Source: a phage
Direction: 5' to 3' (one strand)
Length of the DNA stretch: 64,000 bases
NCBI GenBank assembly: GCA_037431425.1
Contig: GCA_037431425.1_4129.1
Made by a program: the position numbers and the translations under genes. Under the pieces are notes generated by a model. It had not been told where the DNA came from and did not search any database. It saw only the letters and a program-made list of their open reading frames with translations. Position 1 is the first letter of the stretch. Each line of letters opens with the position of its first letter. Positions 47,291 through 56,706 of the stretch are shown here, piece after piece.

Positions 47291-48436
47291 TTATTTTTTC
47301 CAAGGAAGTAACGAAGTTGGTATTTTGATAGGTATATTTGATGAAACAACATCAGGAAAATTTGCATCCCCACAAACATACAAATTATCGTCTTCGTCTA
47401 TCAATAATATATAGTTGTAACTTCTACAAAACCCATTTAAACCTCTTCCCTCTAATGCAGATAAATTTATTTCAGTGAATTGTGTTATATATGTTTCATT
47501 TGAACCAACACCACATTGACCATTAGCATTTATACCACAAGTAAGCAATTTATTATTGTTTTGAATTATACATGATGGTCCAGCAAGGTTTGTACCTAGT
47601 TCACCTACAACGTTGACCTCACCTTGTAATGATAAATTTGGAATCACTGTACTCATTGGGACACGAGATGTATTTCCAACACCTGCTTGTCCTGAACCAT
47701 TAGTGGATGCTACTTTAACAGTACCGTCATTAAGAAAAATATAAGATGTTTCGATTGTATTAACTGCTTGAGTAGCTGATGTTATTGACGTATCCTGTTT
47801 GAATTTGAGTACATTTGTTGTTGTCGAACCAGAGATATATGTAGCACCTGCGTACCAATATGTTCCATCCTGGAGTACTAAACCAGTACTTCTAATTGAA
47901 CACCCAGCACTTCGAACATTTTCTATATGACTATATGTAAAGGTTGATACAATTGAAGATTCACCATTACCAAATACCCCACCAGTACCTGCACCACAGA
48001 AAAACCATTTACCGTTTTTCAAAAATACACGCATACAAGCAGAAATAACCACACTATCAATATCACTTGCAGTTACACCAAAATCGGTAAAGAAATGAGT
48101 TATATCAATCCAATTGCCACCAGTATTTGATGGGAGATGTGGAATTACAACTCTAGTCCCTGTGTACCAGATTGTATCATCATCTTTAATAACAAGCGTA
48201 CCTTGAACACCCCCCCAATACCTGGTTACATTAGTATTAACAAGTGTCCACTCATTAGATGATTCCGTTGAGCCATTACCACCTTGACCATATGATGATG
48301 AACCGCACCAGTATAAATTGCCATTTTTATTTAAATAAAATTTTGCATCAGCCGAACATTGTAATCTGTATTTGAATACAGTTTTTGGTGCTGGTGCAAT
48401 ATTTGCATACTTAATCATTCTTCCAAAAGGTAACAT
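47291..48436 (-). CDS. RCC1-like repeat beta-propeller protein, 381 aa
   Basis: MLPFGRMIKYANIAP N-terminus; repeats such as LYWCGSSSYGQGGNG, LLTCGINANGQCGVG. Confidence 0.8.
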   Translation of the reverse strand: MLPFGRMIKYANIAPAPKTVFKYRLQCSADAKFYLNKNGNLYWCGSSSYGQGGNGSTESSNEWTLVNTNVTRYWGGVQGTLVIKDDDTIWYTGTRVVIPHLPSNTGGNWIDITHFFTDFGVTASDIDSVVISACMRVFLKNGKWFFCGAGTGGVFGNGESSIVSTFTYSHIENVRSAGCSIRSTGLVLQDGTYWYAGATYISGSTTTNVLKFKQDTSITSATQAVNTIETSYIFLNDGTVKVASTNGSGQAGVGNTSRVPMSTVIPNLSLQGEVNVVGELGTNLAGPSCIIQNNNKLLTCGINANGQCGVGSNETYITQFTEINLSALEGRGLNGFCRSYNYILLIDEDDNLYVCGDANFPDVVSSNIPIKIPTSLLPWKK

Positions 48437-48478
48437 AATTTCTCTCCCTCATTCATTATACTGTATTTAACCCAATTA
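48437..48478 (-). promoter_or_regulatory. conserved leader/promoter box of RCC1-like genes
   Basis: minus strand reads ..AAATACAGTATAATGAATGAGGGAGAGAAATTATG. Confidence 0.5.
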
Positions 48479-48480
48479 AG

Positions 48481-48503
48481 AAAAGCCAGTATCAAGTACT
48501 GGT
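48481..48503 (-). terminator. rho-independent terminator
   Basis: minus strand ACCAGTACTTGATACTGGC plus TTTT. Confidence 0.7.
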
Positions 48504-48509
48504 ATTTTA

Positions 48510-49859
48510 TTATTGTAATGGAATTTCAGTGAGTGTTTTATATGTACTTCCGTTATACACCCCTCTCCAATATACTTTACCATCAGTACTAACCACTAAT
48601 AATCCATATGTTGTAAACCCAAGAGTACCACCAACATACATAGCATCTTTGATTCTAATACCAATGTCTTCATATGTAAATGACGCGACTGCACCCGCTT
48701 GCCATGAAGGACTAGCGTAGTAATCACTATAAACACCATGTGCTTTATATATTGATGTTGTTCCTGGTTCAAAAATGACAGTTCCACAGTAGTTCATTCG
48801 TATTTTAGTACTGGATGAAGTTGGTACATTTATACCTACATCATCTTTTATCCCTGTGGTTAGGACGTTAAAACCACCCGCCACACGGTTGACGTCATTC
48901 GCACCGATTAAATACATACCAACGTTGTAGCCCATATAAAACACACTAGAGCTTCCATTCCAGAAAGAAAAACCACCACCATTCCCACAGCGATATAGTT
49001 GTGAATTTGAGCAGTACATCATACCTTCGTTTGTCGCATCAAATTCATCTGCTTTTCCTATTGTAGCTACAGTAGTCCAAGTTTTAATTACTTGGTTTGT
49101 ACTAGCTGGTGTTTGTATACCATATCGTATATTATACCCTTTACCGACTATTGTACCATCTTCTAATTTGGCATAAAGTACAGGTCTATTACCAACAAAA
49201 TACATATTATTGTGTGACATGTCTATTGTGCATCTTAATGAAACTACTTTTTGTTTCAATTGATTATCTTTAGTAAAAGAAGTAAAGTAGTAATCTGATG
49301 TTGAGTTGTTTATTAAACCTTGTATTGACAACCCCATATACCAGATTTCTCCCTTACTATTCAAAGCTGCCAAAATACAACTATATTTTGAAGTGTATGT
49401 TGGGTTTACTGAAGTTGCTGGTCCTTTGTCATATCCACCACAGAATACCATCTCCACAACTTCACCTACGTTAGCAAAATAAGAAGATACATTGATAAAA
49501 CCATTTGTTATAAAAGGTGCTGTATTTATACTTGAATGTGTGAATATCCCATTTGCATATACACCACAAAAATGATATGAACCATCATTATCTTGGACTA
49601 TTATTCCATTTGATAGTAACCAAAAATTGTTTACATTTTTTCTTACTAATTCGATTCCTGCCCCATTAGTTGGCGTTATACCAAAAGAAACATATTTTGT
49701 TTGACCAATTCCATATAAATTTCCATTTGATGCTAATATTGCACCAAACCAATTACCACCACCATTCTTGTTATGACCCATACCTATAGAATCAAATTTC
49801 TTAACAGTAGGAGCTTGTACTTTGTTCCCATAATTCACCATTCTTCCAAAAGGTAACAT
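48510..49859 (-). CDS. divergent RCC1-like repeat protein, 449 aa
   Basis: same MLPFGRMVNYGN N-terminus; degenerate G-rich blade repeats. Confidence 0.75.
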   Translation of the reverse strand: MLPFGRMVNYGNKVQAPTVKKFDSIGMGHNKNGGGNWFGAILASNGNLYGIGQTKYVSFGITPTNGAGIELVRKNVNNFWLLSNGIIVQDNDGSYHFCGVYANGIFTHSSINTAPFITNGFINVSSYFANVGEVVEMVFCGGYDKGPATSVNPTYTSKYSCILAALNSKGEIWYMGLSIQGLINNSTSDYYFTSFTKDNQLKQKVVSLRCTIDMSHNNMYFVGNRPVLYAKLEDGTIVGKGYNIRYGIQTPASTNQVIKTWTTVATIGKADEFDATNEGMMYCSNSQLYRCGNGGGFSFWNGSSSVFYMGYNVGMYLIGANDVNRVAGGFNVLTTGIKDDVGINVPTSSSTKIRMNYCGTVIFEPGTTSIYKAHGVYSDYYASPSWQAGAVASFTYEDIGIRIKDAMYVGGTLGFTTYGLLVVSTDGKVYWRGVYNGSTYKTLTEIPLQ

Positions 49860-49900
49860 ATTTCCCTCCTTTATTCATTATACTATATTTAATACTAAAA
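49860..49900 (-). promoter_or_regulatory. conserved leader/promoter box
   Basis: minus strand GTATTAAATATAGTATAATGAATAAAGGAGGGAAATATG; TATAAT at 49877-49882; no -35. Confidence 0.55.
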
Positions 49901-49925
49901 GAAAAAGCCAGTACAGAGTACTGGC
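49901..49925 (-). terminator. rho-independent terminator
   Basis: GCCAGTAC..AGTACTGGC plus T-run on minus strand. Confidence 0.75.
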
Positions 49926-49931
49926 ATTATT

Positions 49932-51083
49932 TTAAATTGGTGAATCTTCAACAAATATAGTACTAGCAGTACCACCTGATACTGGGTTAGTACCACTTGA
50001 ATATATTTTGTTTCCATCTGTCATATATGTTTTACCATAGCAACTTTGGATTTTAACATCTTTGAAATTCAAATCAGGAGTAATAGATTTAGTGTAAGTT
50101 AATACGTTAGTAGTTGAACCTGTACTTAATTGTCCATAGTATGAAGTTGCAGAGTTATTACCAGCAACGTATACGCCAGTATCAGTAATAACAAAGTTCG
50201 AGTAATATCCGTACCCATATCCTATATCTAATATATTTCCTTGTGGTTGATTTACCACTGCTGTTGTCAATATTTGGGTTGTAGCCCCAGTACCAGTCGC
50301 TGCCTGACCATATGTTTGGTCACCACCTGTGTACACTGAAACAACTGACGTGCTTTTGTTTCTTGCAATACCTTGCACCATTCCATTAATTGTACTTATA
50401 AATGCAATAGTGTTAACAGTTGCTGGTAATCTGGATGACAATGTGAAGAATTTATAAGAAGTAGGACCGTCAGTGTTCCCATAAACTTCACCTGTGTAAT
50501 ATAATCTACCACTTTCAGCAATAAATGAACACATGTTTATACCTGCAATAATCCTTTTCGGTATCGCACCAGTTGGTATAATTGATTGTACTAAAGTAGA
50601 AAAACTACTAGTATAAGAATAATTACCAAGCTGTCCTCTTGTGTTATAACCACCACACCAAATGGTCCCATTACTCATAAGTATTGAAATGAAGTTATTT
50701 CCTAGTGATATTTCTGTAATTGTTCCTTGTGATTTGACTTGGTTAATAACGGTTTGCATAGAAGTCCATGCATTAACAGATGACGTACCCATACACACAT
50801 TGTATTGTTGTCCTGTGTATTGATATGTCCCATCTGACTTGTGAATCATTGTAGCATACTGACCACACCATACATCAGTGACATCAGATGCAGTTACAGT
50901 CCATGATGATCTGGCTATATTGTCACCTAAACCCAACTGACCATTTGAATTGTTACCACGGGTGTATAACTTACCATTACTACCCAATACCATAACCCAG
51001 TTATACCCTGCAACTAATTTTTTAATGGCAGCAGGGGATGGTGCAACATTCCCATAATCAAACATTCTAACAAAAGGTAACAT
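49932..51083 (-). CDS. RCC1-like repeat beta-propeller protein, 383 aa
   Basis: LYTRGNNSNGQLGLGDN and IWCGGYNTRGQLGN are canonical RCC1 blade motifs. Confidence 0.85.
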   Translation of the reverse strand: MLPFVRMFDYGNVAPSPAAIKKLVAGYNWVMVLGSNGKLYTRGNNSNGQLGLGDNIARSSWTVTASDVTDVWCGQYATMIHKSDGTYQYTGQQYNVCMGTSSVNAWTSMQTVINQVKSQGTITEISLGNNFISILMSNGTIWCGGYNTRGQLGNYSYTSSFSTLVQSIIPTGAIPKRIIAGINMCSFIAESGRLYYTGEVYGNTDGPTSYKFFTLSSRLPATVNTIAFISTINGMVQGIARNKSTSVVSVYTGGDQTYGQAATGTGATTQILTTAVVNQPQGNILDIGYGYGYYSNFVITDTGVYVAGNNSATSYYGQLSTGSTTNVLTYTKSITPDLNFKDVKIQSCYGKTYMTDGNKIYSSGTNPVSGGTASTIFVEDSPI

Positions 51084-51124
51084 ATTTCCCTCCTTTATTC
51101 ATTATACTATATTTAATACTAAAA
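51084..51124 (-). promoter_or_regulatory. conserved leader/promoter box
   Basis: identical to the 49860 copy. Confidence 0.55.
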
Positions 51125-51125
51125 G

Positions 51126-51150
51126 AAAAAGCCAGTACTTGAGTACTGGC
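51126..51150 (-). terminator. rho-independent terminator
   Basis: GCCAGTACTTGAGTACTGGC (two AGTACT) with flanking A and T runs. Confidence 0.75.
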
Positions 51151-51157
51151 TTTCTTA

Positions 51158-52348
51158 TTACAATTTTCTAGGTGTATCCAGAACATATCTATTTGTTTTA
51201 GGGCCACCATCATCATAAGTTCCGGTTGAATATATATTTTTCATATCAGCAGTTAGGAAAGTACGCAACGAACCGCGATATATTTTTATTTTATCATACA
51301 TAGAATATGTTATTTCTGACGGCAATGGACATGCAGTAAATTTACCAATGGTAGCATCATAACCAACACCCAATGTACCAGCATAACTACTCGCATTTAA
51401 ACCAGTTGCATATACACCTGCACTCGTAACTAGTATACTAGATTGTGCTGGGTATCCAGTATGGATTGAATAATAAGTACCAGGTGGCAATGTGGCACTA
51501 TTATTTCCTAAAACTCCATTAACATTGCTAGATGTAGTTTTATTTCCCCATGCTCCATTATTAGCTAATCCACCAACTAGAAACTGACGTGCTCCTGTAC
51601 TTGGATTCTCTACTAAAGCACTGACAGCACCAAATGAACAAACAGTATATTGTAATGTTTTTGTATATGTGGTACTTGGCTGATATAAAGTATATTCATT
51701 AAATGGTGTCCATGTGGTACTAGTACTTATGCCAGATGTAATACCACCAATATATAAATTATTTTGTTTATCAAACAACATTACACAGTTATATGTTGAC
51801 ATTATTTGTGCAATATCAACATCTGGTGTTACAGCTTTAACAAATGAGCCATCGGTTATTTGTTGAGTTTTTCCAGTACCATCTGCGAATTGTCTAGCAC
51901 TATTCCACCCTGTACTCCATATTGTATTATTATCCATTAAGAAAGTAAACCACGTAGTACCTGCATACATTTGTTTAATTGAAGTACTTGAACTTTGTTT
52001 GTACAAATTTTCAATATATTGGTTATAACTTAAAAACGTAGTAGTACTAGTTTCTAAACCAATATGACTACCATATCCACAATAAAAATAATTTAAGTCA
52101 TTATCTTGAACTAACAAAGTTCCTTGTGTCATCCAGCAATCTTTGATATTTTCTCTAATTAATGTCCACGACCTTACTGCATTATTATTTCCTCTACCAA
52201 ACTTCCCCCAACTATTACTGCCTCGTGCGTATAGTTGACCGTCGGTATAAAGTACAACAACCTCAGTATCAGTTGGTATTATTTTCTTAATTTGAAGTGG
52301 GACGGGTACAATATTCCCGTACTTAACTATTCTTCCAAAAGGTAACAT
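51158..52348 (-). CDS. RCC1-like repeat beta-propeller protein, 396 aa
   Basis: MLPFGRIVKYGNIVP; LYARGSNSWGKFGRGNN. Confidence 0.8.
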   Translation of the reverse strand: MLPFGRIVKYGNIVPVPLQIKKIIPTDTEVVVLYTDGQLYARGSNSWGKFGRGNNNAVRSWTLIRENIKDCWMTQGTLLVQDNDLNYFYCGYGSHIGLETSTTTFLSYNQYIENLYKQSSSTSIKQMYAGTTWFTFLMDNNTIWSTGWNSARQFADGTGKTQQITDGSFVKAVTPDVDIAQIMSTYNCVMLFDKQNNLYIGGITSGISTSTTWTPFNEYTLYQPSTTYTKTLQYTVCSFGAVSALVENPSTGARQFLVGGLANNGAWGNKTTSSNVNGVLGNNSATLPPGTYYSIHTGYPAQSSILVTSAGVYATGLNASSYAGTLGVGYDATIGKFTACPLPSEITYSMYDKIKIYRGSLRTFLTADMKNIYSTGTYDDGGPKTNRYVLDTPRKL

Positions 52349-52386
52349 ATCCCCTCCTTATTCATTATACTATATTTAATCAAAAA
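52349..52386 (-). promoter_or_regulatory. conserved leader/promoter box
   Basis: minus strand ..AAATATAGTATAATGAATAAGGAGGGGATATG. Confidence 0.55.
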
Positions 52387-52387
52387 T

Positions 52388-52410
52388 AAAAGCCAGTATC
52401 AAGTACTGGC
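52388..52410 (-). terminator. rho-independent terminator
   Basis: GCCAGTATCAAGTACTGGC. Confidence 0.7.
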
Positions 52411-52424
52411 ATAGTTTTATAATA

Positions 52425-53531
52425 TTATTTCGGCATCGTAATTGCAGACCATGAATTTGTAGTAATTGGACCTGGTATGTACACTAAAGAACCACATGCA
52501 TAAATTTGTCTATTCCCATCATACACAACACTAAAGTTAGTACAAGTAAACAATGACGAATTTAATGGATTGTAAGTATCTAATGTTAGTGTATTCACCC
52601 ACTTATTTGAACCTAGACCACCTGACCTACCAAATGCACCAGTACTGTATATCTTACCTTCAGTTGTTGCATATATATTAACATATGAAGTTGAACTGGA
52701 TTTAGCTATTTTATGTATCTTACTATCAATAGCACTGGAGTTAAATGTAAAAGGATATATTTCTACGTTAGTTGATGAACCATTACCGAGTTGACCAGAA
52801 TACTGCAAGCCAGCGACGTATGTACCACCACCTGAATATGCTATAGTACTAGTACTGTTACCTCCCATTATTTTAACACTAGTTAAACGACTTACTAAAG
52901 TAGTGTACTGACCTTTACTAACACCTAGTGAACCATAACTACTAGTACCACATCCAATAAGGTTACCGTTGGATGTTAAGATTAATGTGTTGTTTTGTGT
53001 ACCATATATATCAGCAACTTCATTTGTACCAGTATTCAGTACTAACACAAAAGCACTCTGTGAATTAGGATATCCACCACCGAGTGAATAGTTACTGTTC
53101 ATGCCTCTTCCATAAACCTTTGTACCACTAGCATCTACGTAGTGCATCGTATCTGAACCAATTGATATCATTTTAATATTAGATATGTGTGGAAATGAAG
53201 AAGTAACATCTAAACCACCCAAGGGGATTGCAGTATTACCCGTACCTAACTGAGAAGTAACTCCGTGCATTCTGAACTCTTCTCCTTTGAGATACAGAAG
53301 ATTGTACCCACCAGCCCATGCATCAGAAACACCCTCTGCAACTAATATCCAATTATTTTTTTCCGCTGTACCAACGGCATTCAACTGCCAATATGAATTA
53401 TCTCCACATCCATATAATGTACCATCACTATATAGTACGTACAAATTATTGGTTCCACAAAATACTTTCTTGATCGTTATACCTTCTGGAGCTATATTTC
53501 CATAGGTCATTATTCTTGCAAAAGGTAACAT
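52425..53531 (-). CDS. RCC1-like repeat beta-propeller protein, 368 aa
   Basis: MLPFARIMTYGNIAP; LYGCGDNSYWQLN, LIGCGTSSYGSLGV. Confidence 0.8.
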   Translation of the reverse strand: MLPFARIMTYGNIAPEGITIKKVFCGTNNLYVLYSDGTLYGCGDNSYWQLNAVGTAEKNNWILVAEGVSDAWAGGYNLLYLKGEEFRMHGVTSQLGTGNTAIPLGGLDVTSSFPHISNIKMISIGSDTMHYVDASGTKVYGRGMNSNYSLGGGYPNSQSAFVLVLNTGTNEVADIYGTQNNTLILTSNGNLIGCGTSSYGSLGVSKGQYTTLVSRLTSVKIMGGNSTSTIAYSGGGTYVAGLQYSGQLGNGSSTNVEIYPFTFNSSAIDSKIHKIAKSSSTSYVNIYATTEGKIYSTGAFGRSGGLGSNKWVNTLTLDTYNPLNSSLFTCTNFSVVYDGNRQIYACGSLVYIPGPITTNSWSAITMPK

Positions 53532-53570
53532 ATCCCCTCCTTATTCATTATACTATATTTAATACAAATA
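53532..53570 (-). promoter_or_regulatory. conserved leader/promoter box
   Basis: same box as other copies. Confidence 0.55.
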
Positions 53571-53572
53571 AG

Positions 53573-53595
53573 AAAAGCCAGTATCAAGTACTGGC
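53573..53595 (-). terminator. rho-independent terminator
   Basis: GCCAGTATCAAGTACTGGC. Confidence 0.7.
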
Positions 53596-53601
53596 CTATA
53601 T

Positions 53602-54771
53602 TTAAACTGGCGAATCTAATATAAATTCTAAACTACTAATGCCACCATATGTGACATCTGTTCCCGTGCTATATACAAAATTACCATCAGTTATATAAGT
53701 TCGGTTATAACTACCTGCCATCTGTGACTTACTATAATCAAACCCATCAGGTACGATTGCTTTGGTATATACTAATGCATTAGTAGATGTACCAATACCT
53801 AACATACCAGCTTGTGTAGATTGATTGTAGCCGCAACAATATATACCATCTGTTGTAGCAATAACTTGGTTATAATATGAAGTATTGTTAGCAATGCTTA
53901 CTACATCACCAGGTGGCATTAGTGATGCTGTTTGTACCTCAAATGCTCTATAATCTTTGAGAGAACCATCTTTCCCATCTGCTTGTGCACCAAATATTCT
54001 TGAACCACCATTTGCGATGATAGTTTTACCAGTAGGATCAGTGCCTATTGCCATTGCCATTGAAGTACCATTATTCACATAGTACTTTATATTAATTGTA
54101 TTACTTAAGCTGGTAGGAGCACCATAATATATATTATATAACTTACTTCCTGAACTTGTAACTGCATTGACTCTTCCTGTATAAAATAACCATCCTTGGT
54201 TTGTAACATAACCGTGCATTAAATTACTTGCAAACAATTTAACAGGTAATTGATTTGCTACGGTAGGAACAGTACTTTTGACGAATCTACCAGAAACATA
54301 GTTAATTGTTGTTCCATCACCCAACTGACCATCCGACCCTACTCCAGTACTCCATATTGTTTGGTCTGATAGTAACACACTTGTAGTCTGATAACTAATG
54401 GCTATATCTAATATTGGTAATGTTAATGTATTGAATATAGGCATAGCAGATGTCCATATTGATACTCCTGACCCTTTCATACCAACAGTTGTTGAACTTC
54501 CACTGTACCATATTTCATTATTGCTTTTCTTAACAACTATCGACGTGGCTCCCATCCAAAAATCTTCAACACCAGAAGTACTAAAAGTCCATGTAGTAAC
54601 AGTATTTTTGTGACCTAAACCCAAAATACCATATGCATTATCACCACGCACATATAAATCACCACTGTTTGTTAAAACAGCAACATTATCGTTGTTAGCA
54701 AGTATTTTTTTAATATTTGGTTTAGCAGGTGCAATATTCCCGTACTTAACCATCCTCGCAAAAGGTAACAA
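53602..54771 (-). CDS. RCC1-like repeat beta-propeller protein, 389 aa
   Basis: TTG start with GGAGA SD and non-conserved leader; LYVRGDNAYGILGLGHK, IWSTGVGSDGQLGDG. Confidence 0.8.
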   Translation of the reverse strand: MLPFARMVKYGNIAPAKPNIKKILANNDNVAVLTNSGDLYVRGDNAYGILGLGHKNTVTTWTFSTSGVEDFWMGATSIVVKKSNNEIWYSGSSTTVGMKGSGVSIWTSAMPIFNTLTLPILDIAISYQTTSVLLSDQTIWSTGVGSDGQLGDGTTINYVSGRFVKSTVPTVANQLPVKLFASNLMHGYVTNQGWLFYTGRVNAVTSSGSKLYNIYYGAPTSLSNTINIKYYVNNGTSMAMAIGTDPTGKTIIANGGSRIFGAQADGKDGSLKDYRAFEVQTASLMPPGDVVSIANNTSYYNQVIATTDGIYCCGYNQSTQAGMLGIGTSTNALVYTKAIVPDGFDYSKSQMAGSYNRTYITDGNFVYSTGTDVTYGGISSLEFILDSPV

Positions 54772-54810
54772 AATTAAATCTCCAAAATTAAAATAATTAT
54801 ATAGTATTTA

Positions 54811-54843
54811 CAAAAATACCAGTACATATTTCAGTACTGGTAT
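54811..54843 (-). terminator. rho-independent terminator
   Basis: ACCAGTAC-ATATTTCA-GTACTGGT. Confidence 0.65.
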
Positions 54844-54847
54844 ATTA

Positions 54848-55969
54848 TTAAAAGGGCAACGGTAACTCAGTAAAAGAACTTACGTCCGGTAAACCATACA
54901 TTGAATTAGCATCACCACAGTAATACCACTTCGTAGAATCATGTACCACCGATAAACGCAGTGCACATAACACTTCCTGTATGTCATTAAACACCATCGG
55001 GACTAACTCATATGTATCTGCAAATGAAGATACACCACCACTCGCATGAAAAGTATTTGTCCCAGCATAAAATAACTGATTAGTGTTCTTACCCACAGCA
55101 AATGTAATCAAATTCCCATCATTCTCCCATAAAGAAGAAAACTTATCAACACTACCAGAAAGCTCTGTGTAAGTACTCGTAATGGCATTAACCGCCGCCG
55201 CATTACCCATCTGTTTATTCAAGTTCTGCCCAGCAATAAAATATCTCGTTCGTGCACTAGAATCAGTATATAATAACCCAGTGTTCGTGGTCATCATTCC
55301 AATGTCCTTAATCGTCATACCAGGCTGTGAATAACTTAGATACGAAGTTAAATTAACATTATTACCCAACGAACCGTTAGAACTCATGCCACAACGATGT
55401 AATATACCACTTGTATCAACGTAGATAGTACTAACACCACTCGTATACAACTCTTGTACATTATTCGCAATAAACACAGCAGTCGCCTTATTACTAACCC
55501 CACCAAATGATAGGTTATTATCAAATCCCTTAGCGTATAATTGATTATTAGTAGTCAATAATCCAATCGTGTAATAAGACATTTTCATATCCCTTACTGT
55601 ACTCAAATCTACTGCCCCAAATTGATACGTAACATCTGTCCATTTGAAAATCTGTGCACTACCAACACCACCCGTTTCAAACCATTTGTCACCACAGTAC
55701 AATATGCGATTATCCTTAGTAAAGATAACTGTTAACGCTCCACTACCACACGCAAACTTTACATCACTTCTAACCTTCGTCCAATCACGTACATAGGTAG
55801 TGGTGTTATTACCTATACCTAACTTGCCATAACGGTTATAACCACGCACCCATAAATCACCACTCTTAGTAATTAATAGTAATGCGTCTCCTGTACTTAT
55901 TATTCGAAATCCCGATCTAGGATCAGGTACAATATTCCCGTACTTAACCATTCTCCCAAAAGGTAACAT
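54848..55969 (-). CDS. RCC1-like repeat beta-propeller protein, 373 aa
   Basis: MLPFGRMVKYGNIVP; LWVRGYNRYGKLGIGNN. Confidence 0.8.
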   Translation of the reverse strand: MLPFGRMVKYGNIVPDPRSGFRIISTGDALLLITKSGDLWVRGYNRYGKLGIGNNTTTYVRDWTKVRSDVKFACGSGALTVIFTKDNRILYCGDKWFETGGVGSAQIFKWTDVTYQFGAVDLSTVRDMKMSYYTIGLLTTNNQLYAKGFDNNLSFGGVSNKATAVFIANNVQELYTSGVSTIYVDTSGILHRCGMSSNGSLGNNVNLTSYLSYSQPGMTIKDIGMMTTNTGLLYTDSSARTRYFIAGQNLNKQMGNAAAVNAITSTYTELSGSVDKFSSLWENDGNLITFAVGKNTNQLFYAGTNTFHASGGVSSFADTYELVPMVFNDIQEVLCALRLSVVHDSTKWYYCGDANSMYGLPDVSSFTELPLPF

Positions 55970-56008
55970 AATTCCCTCCTTTATTCATTATATCATATTT
56001 ACCCAAAA
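55970..56008 (-). promoter_or_regulatory. conserved leader/promoter box (first gene of array)
   Basis: minus strand ..AAATATGATATAATGAATAAAGGAGGGAATTATG. Confidence 0.55.
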
Positions 56009-56013
56009 AACAC

Positions 56014-56042
56014 TTGACACCCTTTCAGTACTGTTGTACGAT
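56014..56042 (+). promoter_or_regulatory. promoter TTGACA-N17-TACGAT with AGTACT in spacer
   Basis: divergent from the RCC1 array; drives the small-gene array. Confidence 0.6.
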
Positions 56043-56067
56043 AGAAGGAATATTAGGAGAACTACAC

Positions 56068-56295
56068 ATGACAAATACCCTTAAGTACTACCTCAATACT
56101 CTGCCCGACCTAGAGTACGGGAAGTTTCTCGCAGATAGTTCGTGGCTGATTGAGCTAAAAACACATAACAGCCCTGGATGCACCCTTATGATGAACAATG
56201 CTATTGATACCCTTATAGTGAGTATTTTACATAGCAATATCTACAAGGATAACAATAAACAATTAACAAAAATATTAGTACTGCTATCTCTATGA
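56068..56295 (+). CDS. small tandem-array protein, 75 aa
   Basis: trimmed to ATG 56068 with AGGAGA SD; KYYLNTLP N-terminal pattern. Confidence 0.65.
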   Translation: MTNTLKYYLNTLPDLEYGKFLADSSWLIELKTHNSPGCTLMMNNAIDTLIVSILHSNIYKDNNKQLTKILVLLSL

Positions 56296-56495
56296 ATATC
56301 GAACAGTTCTACATCAATGCACTACCAACTAAAAGTCTTCAAGAAAGCCTACTGTATACACAAAAGAATTTTAAAAACTTCAAACGTTGCCCTAAACTAC
56401 TGAACTCGTACATGAATAATATCATAAGAAATGTTTTACAAGGAGAAGAAAGTATGCAATACTATCACATCATTATCCTTATATTGGAGTACTAA
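56292..56495 (+). CDS. small tandem-array protein, 67 aa
   Basis: ATGA coupling; EQFYINALP; ends ..ILILEY. Confidence 0.65.
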   Translation: MNIEQFYINALPTKSLQESLLYTQKNFKNFKRCPKLLNSYMNNIIRNVLQGEESMQYYHIIILILEY

Positions 56496-56496
56496 T

Positions 56497-56706
56497 ATGA
56501 ATACCGAACATAAAGAATTCTACACCAAATACCTCAGCAACGAAGAACAATTGTTTCTAAGAAGTGTATCACCTTTACGTATAGATACACCACACGCCAG
56601 AGAATGCTTTAATAATTGTATACGTAGTACCCTAGAAGCAATCGAATATAATAACAAAAATATTATGTACTCCAGTTTAATCGGACTAATATACTTCTAT
56701 GAATAA
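56497..56706 (+). CDS. small tandem-array protein, 69 aa
   Basis: GTACTAATATG junction; HKEFYTKYLS; paralogue of 59716. Confidence 0.65.
   Translation: MNTEHKEFYTKYLSNEEQLFLRSVSPLRIDTPHARECFNNCIRSTLEAIEYNNKNIMYSSLIGLIYFYE

Noticed and set aside
36420-54613. Second batch of shadow ORFs
   Set aside because: These are 36420-36671, 37566-37778, 38490-38678, 39094-39321, 41161-41370, 41610-41885, 42693-42914, 43191-43457, 48529-48720, 48596-48787, 53287-53505, 54398-54613 and 58189-58401. The reasoning is the same as above: they are antisense to, or out of frame with, well-supported genes.
47291-55969. Diversity-generating retroelement or other programmed hypervariation acting on the RCC1-like array
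   Set aside because: There is no reverse transcriptase and no template/variable repeat pair with adenine-specific differences. Divergence is spread over the whole propeller rather than confined to a C-terminal variable region.
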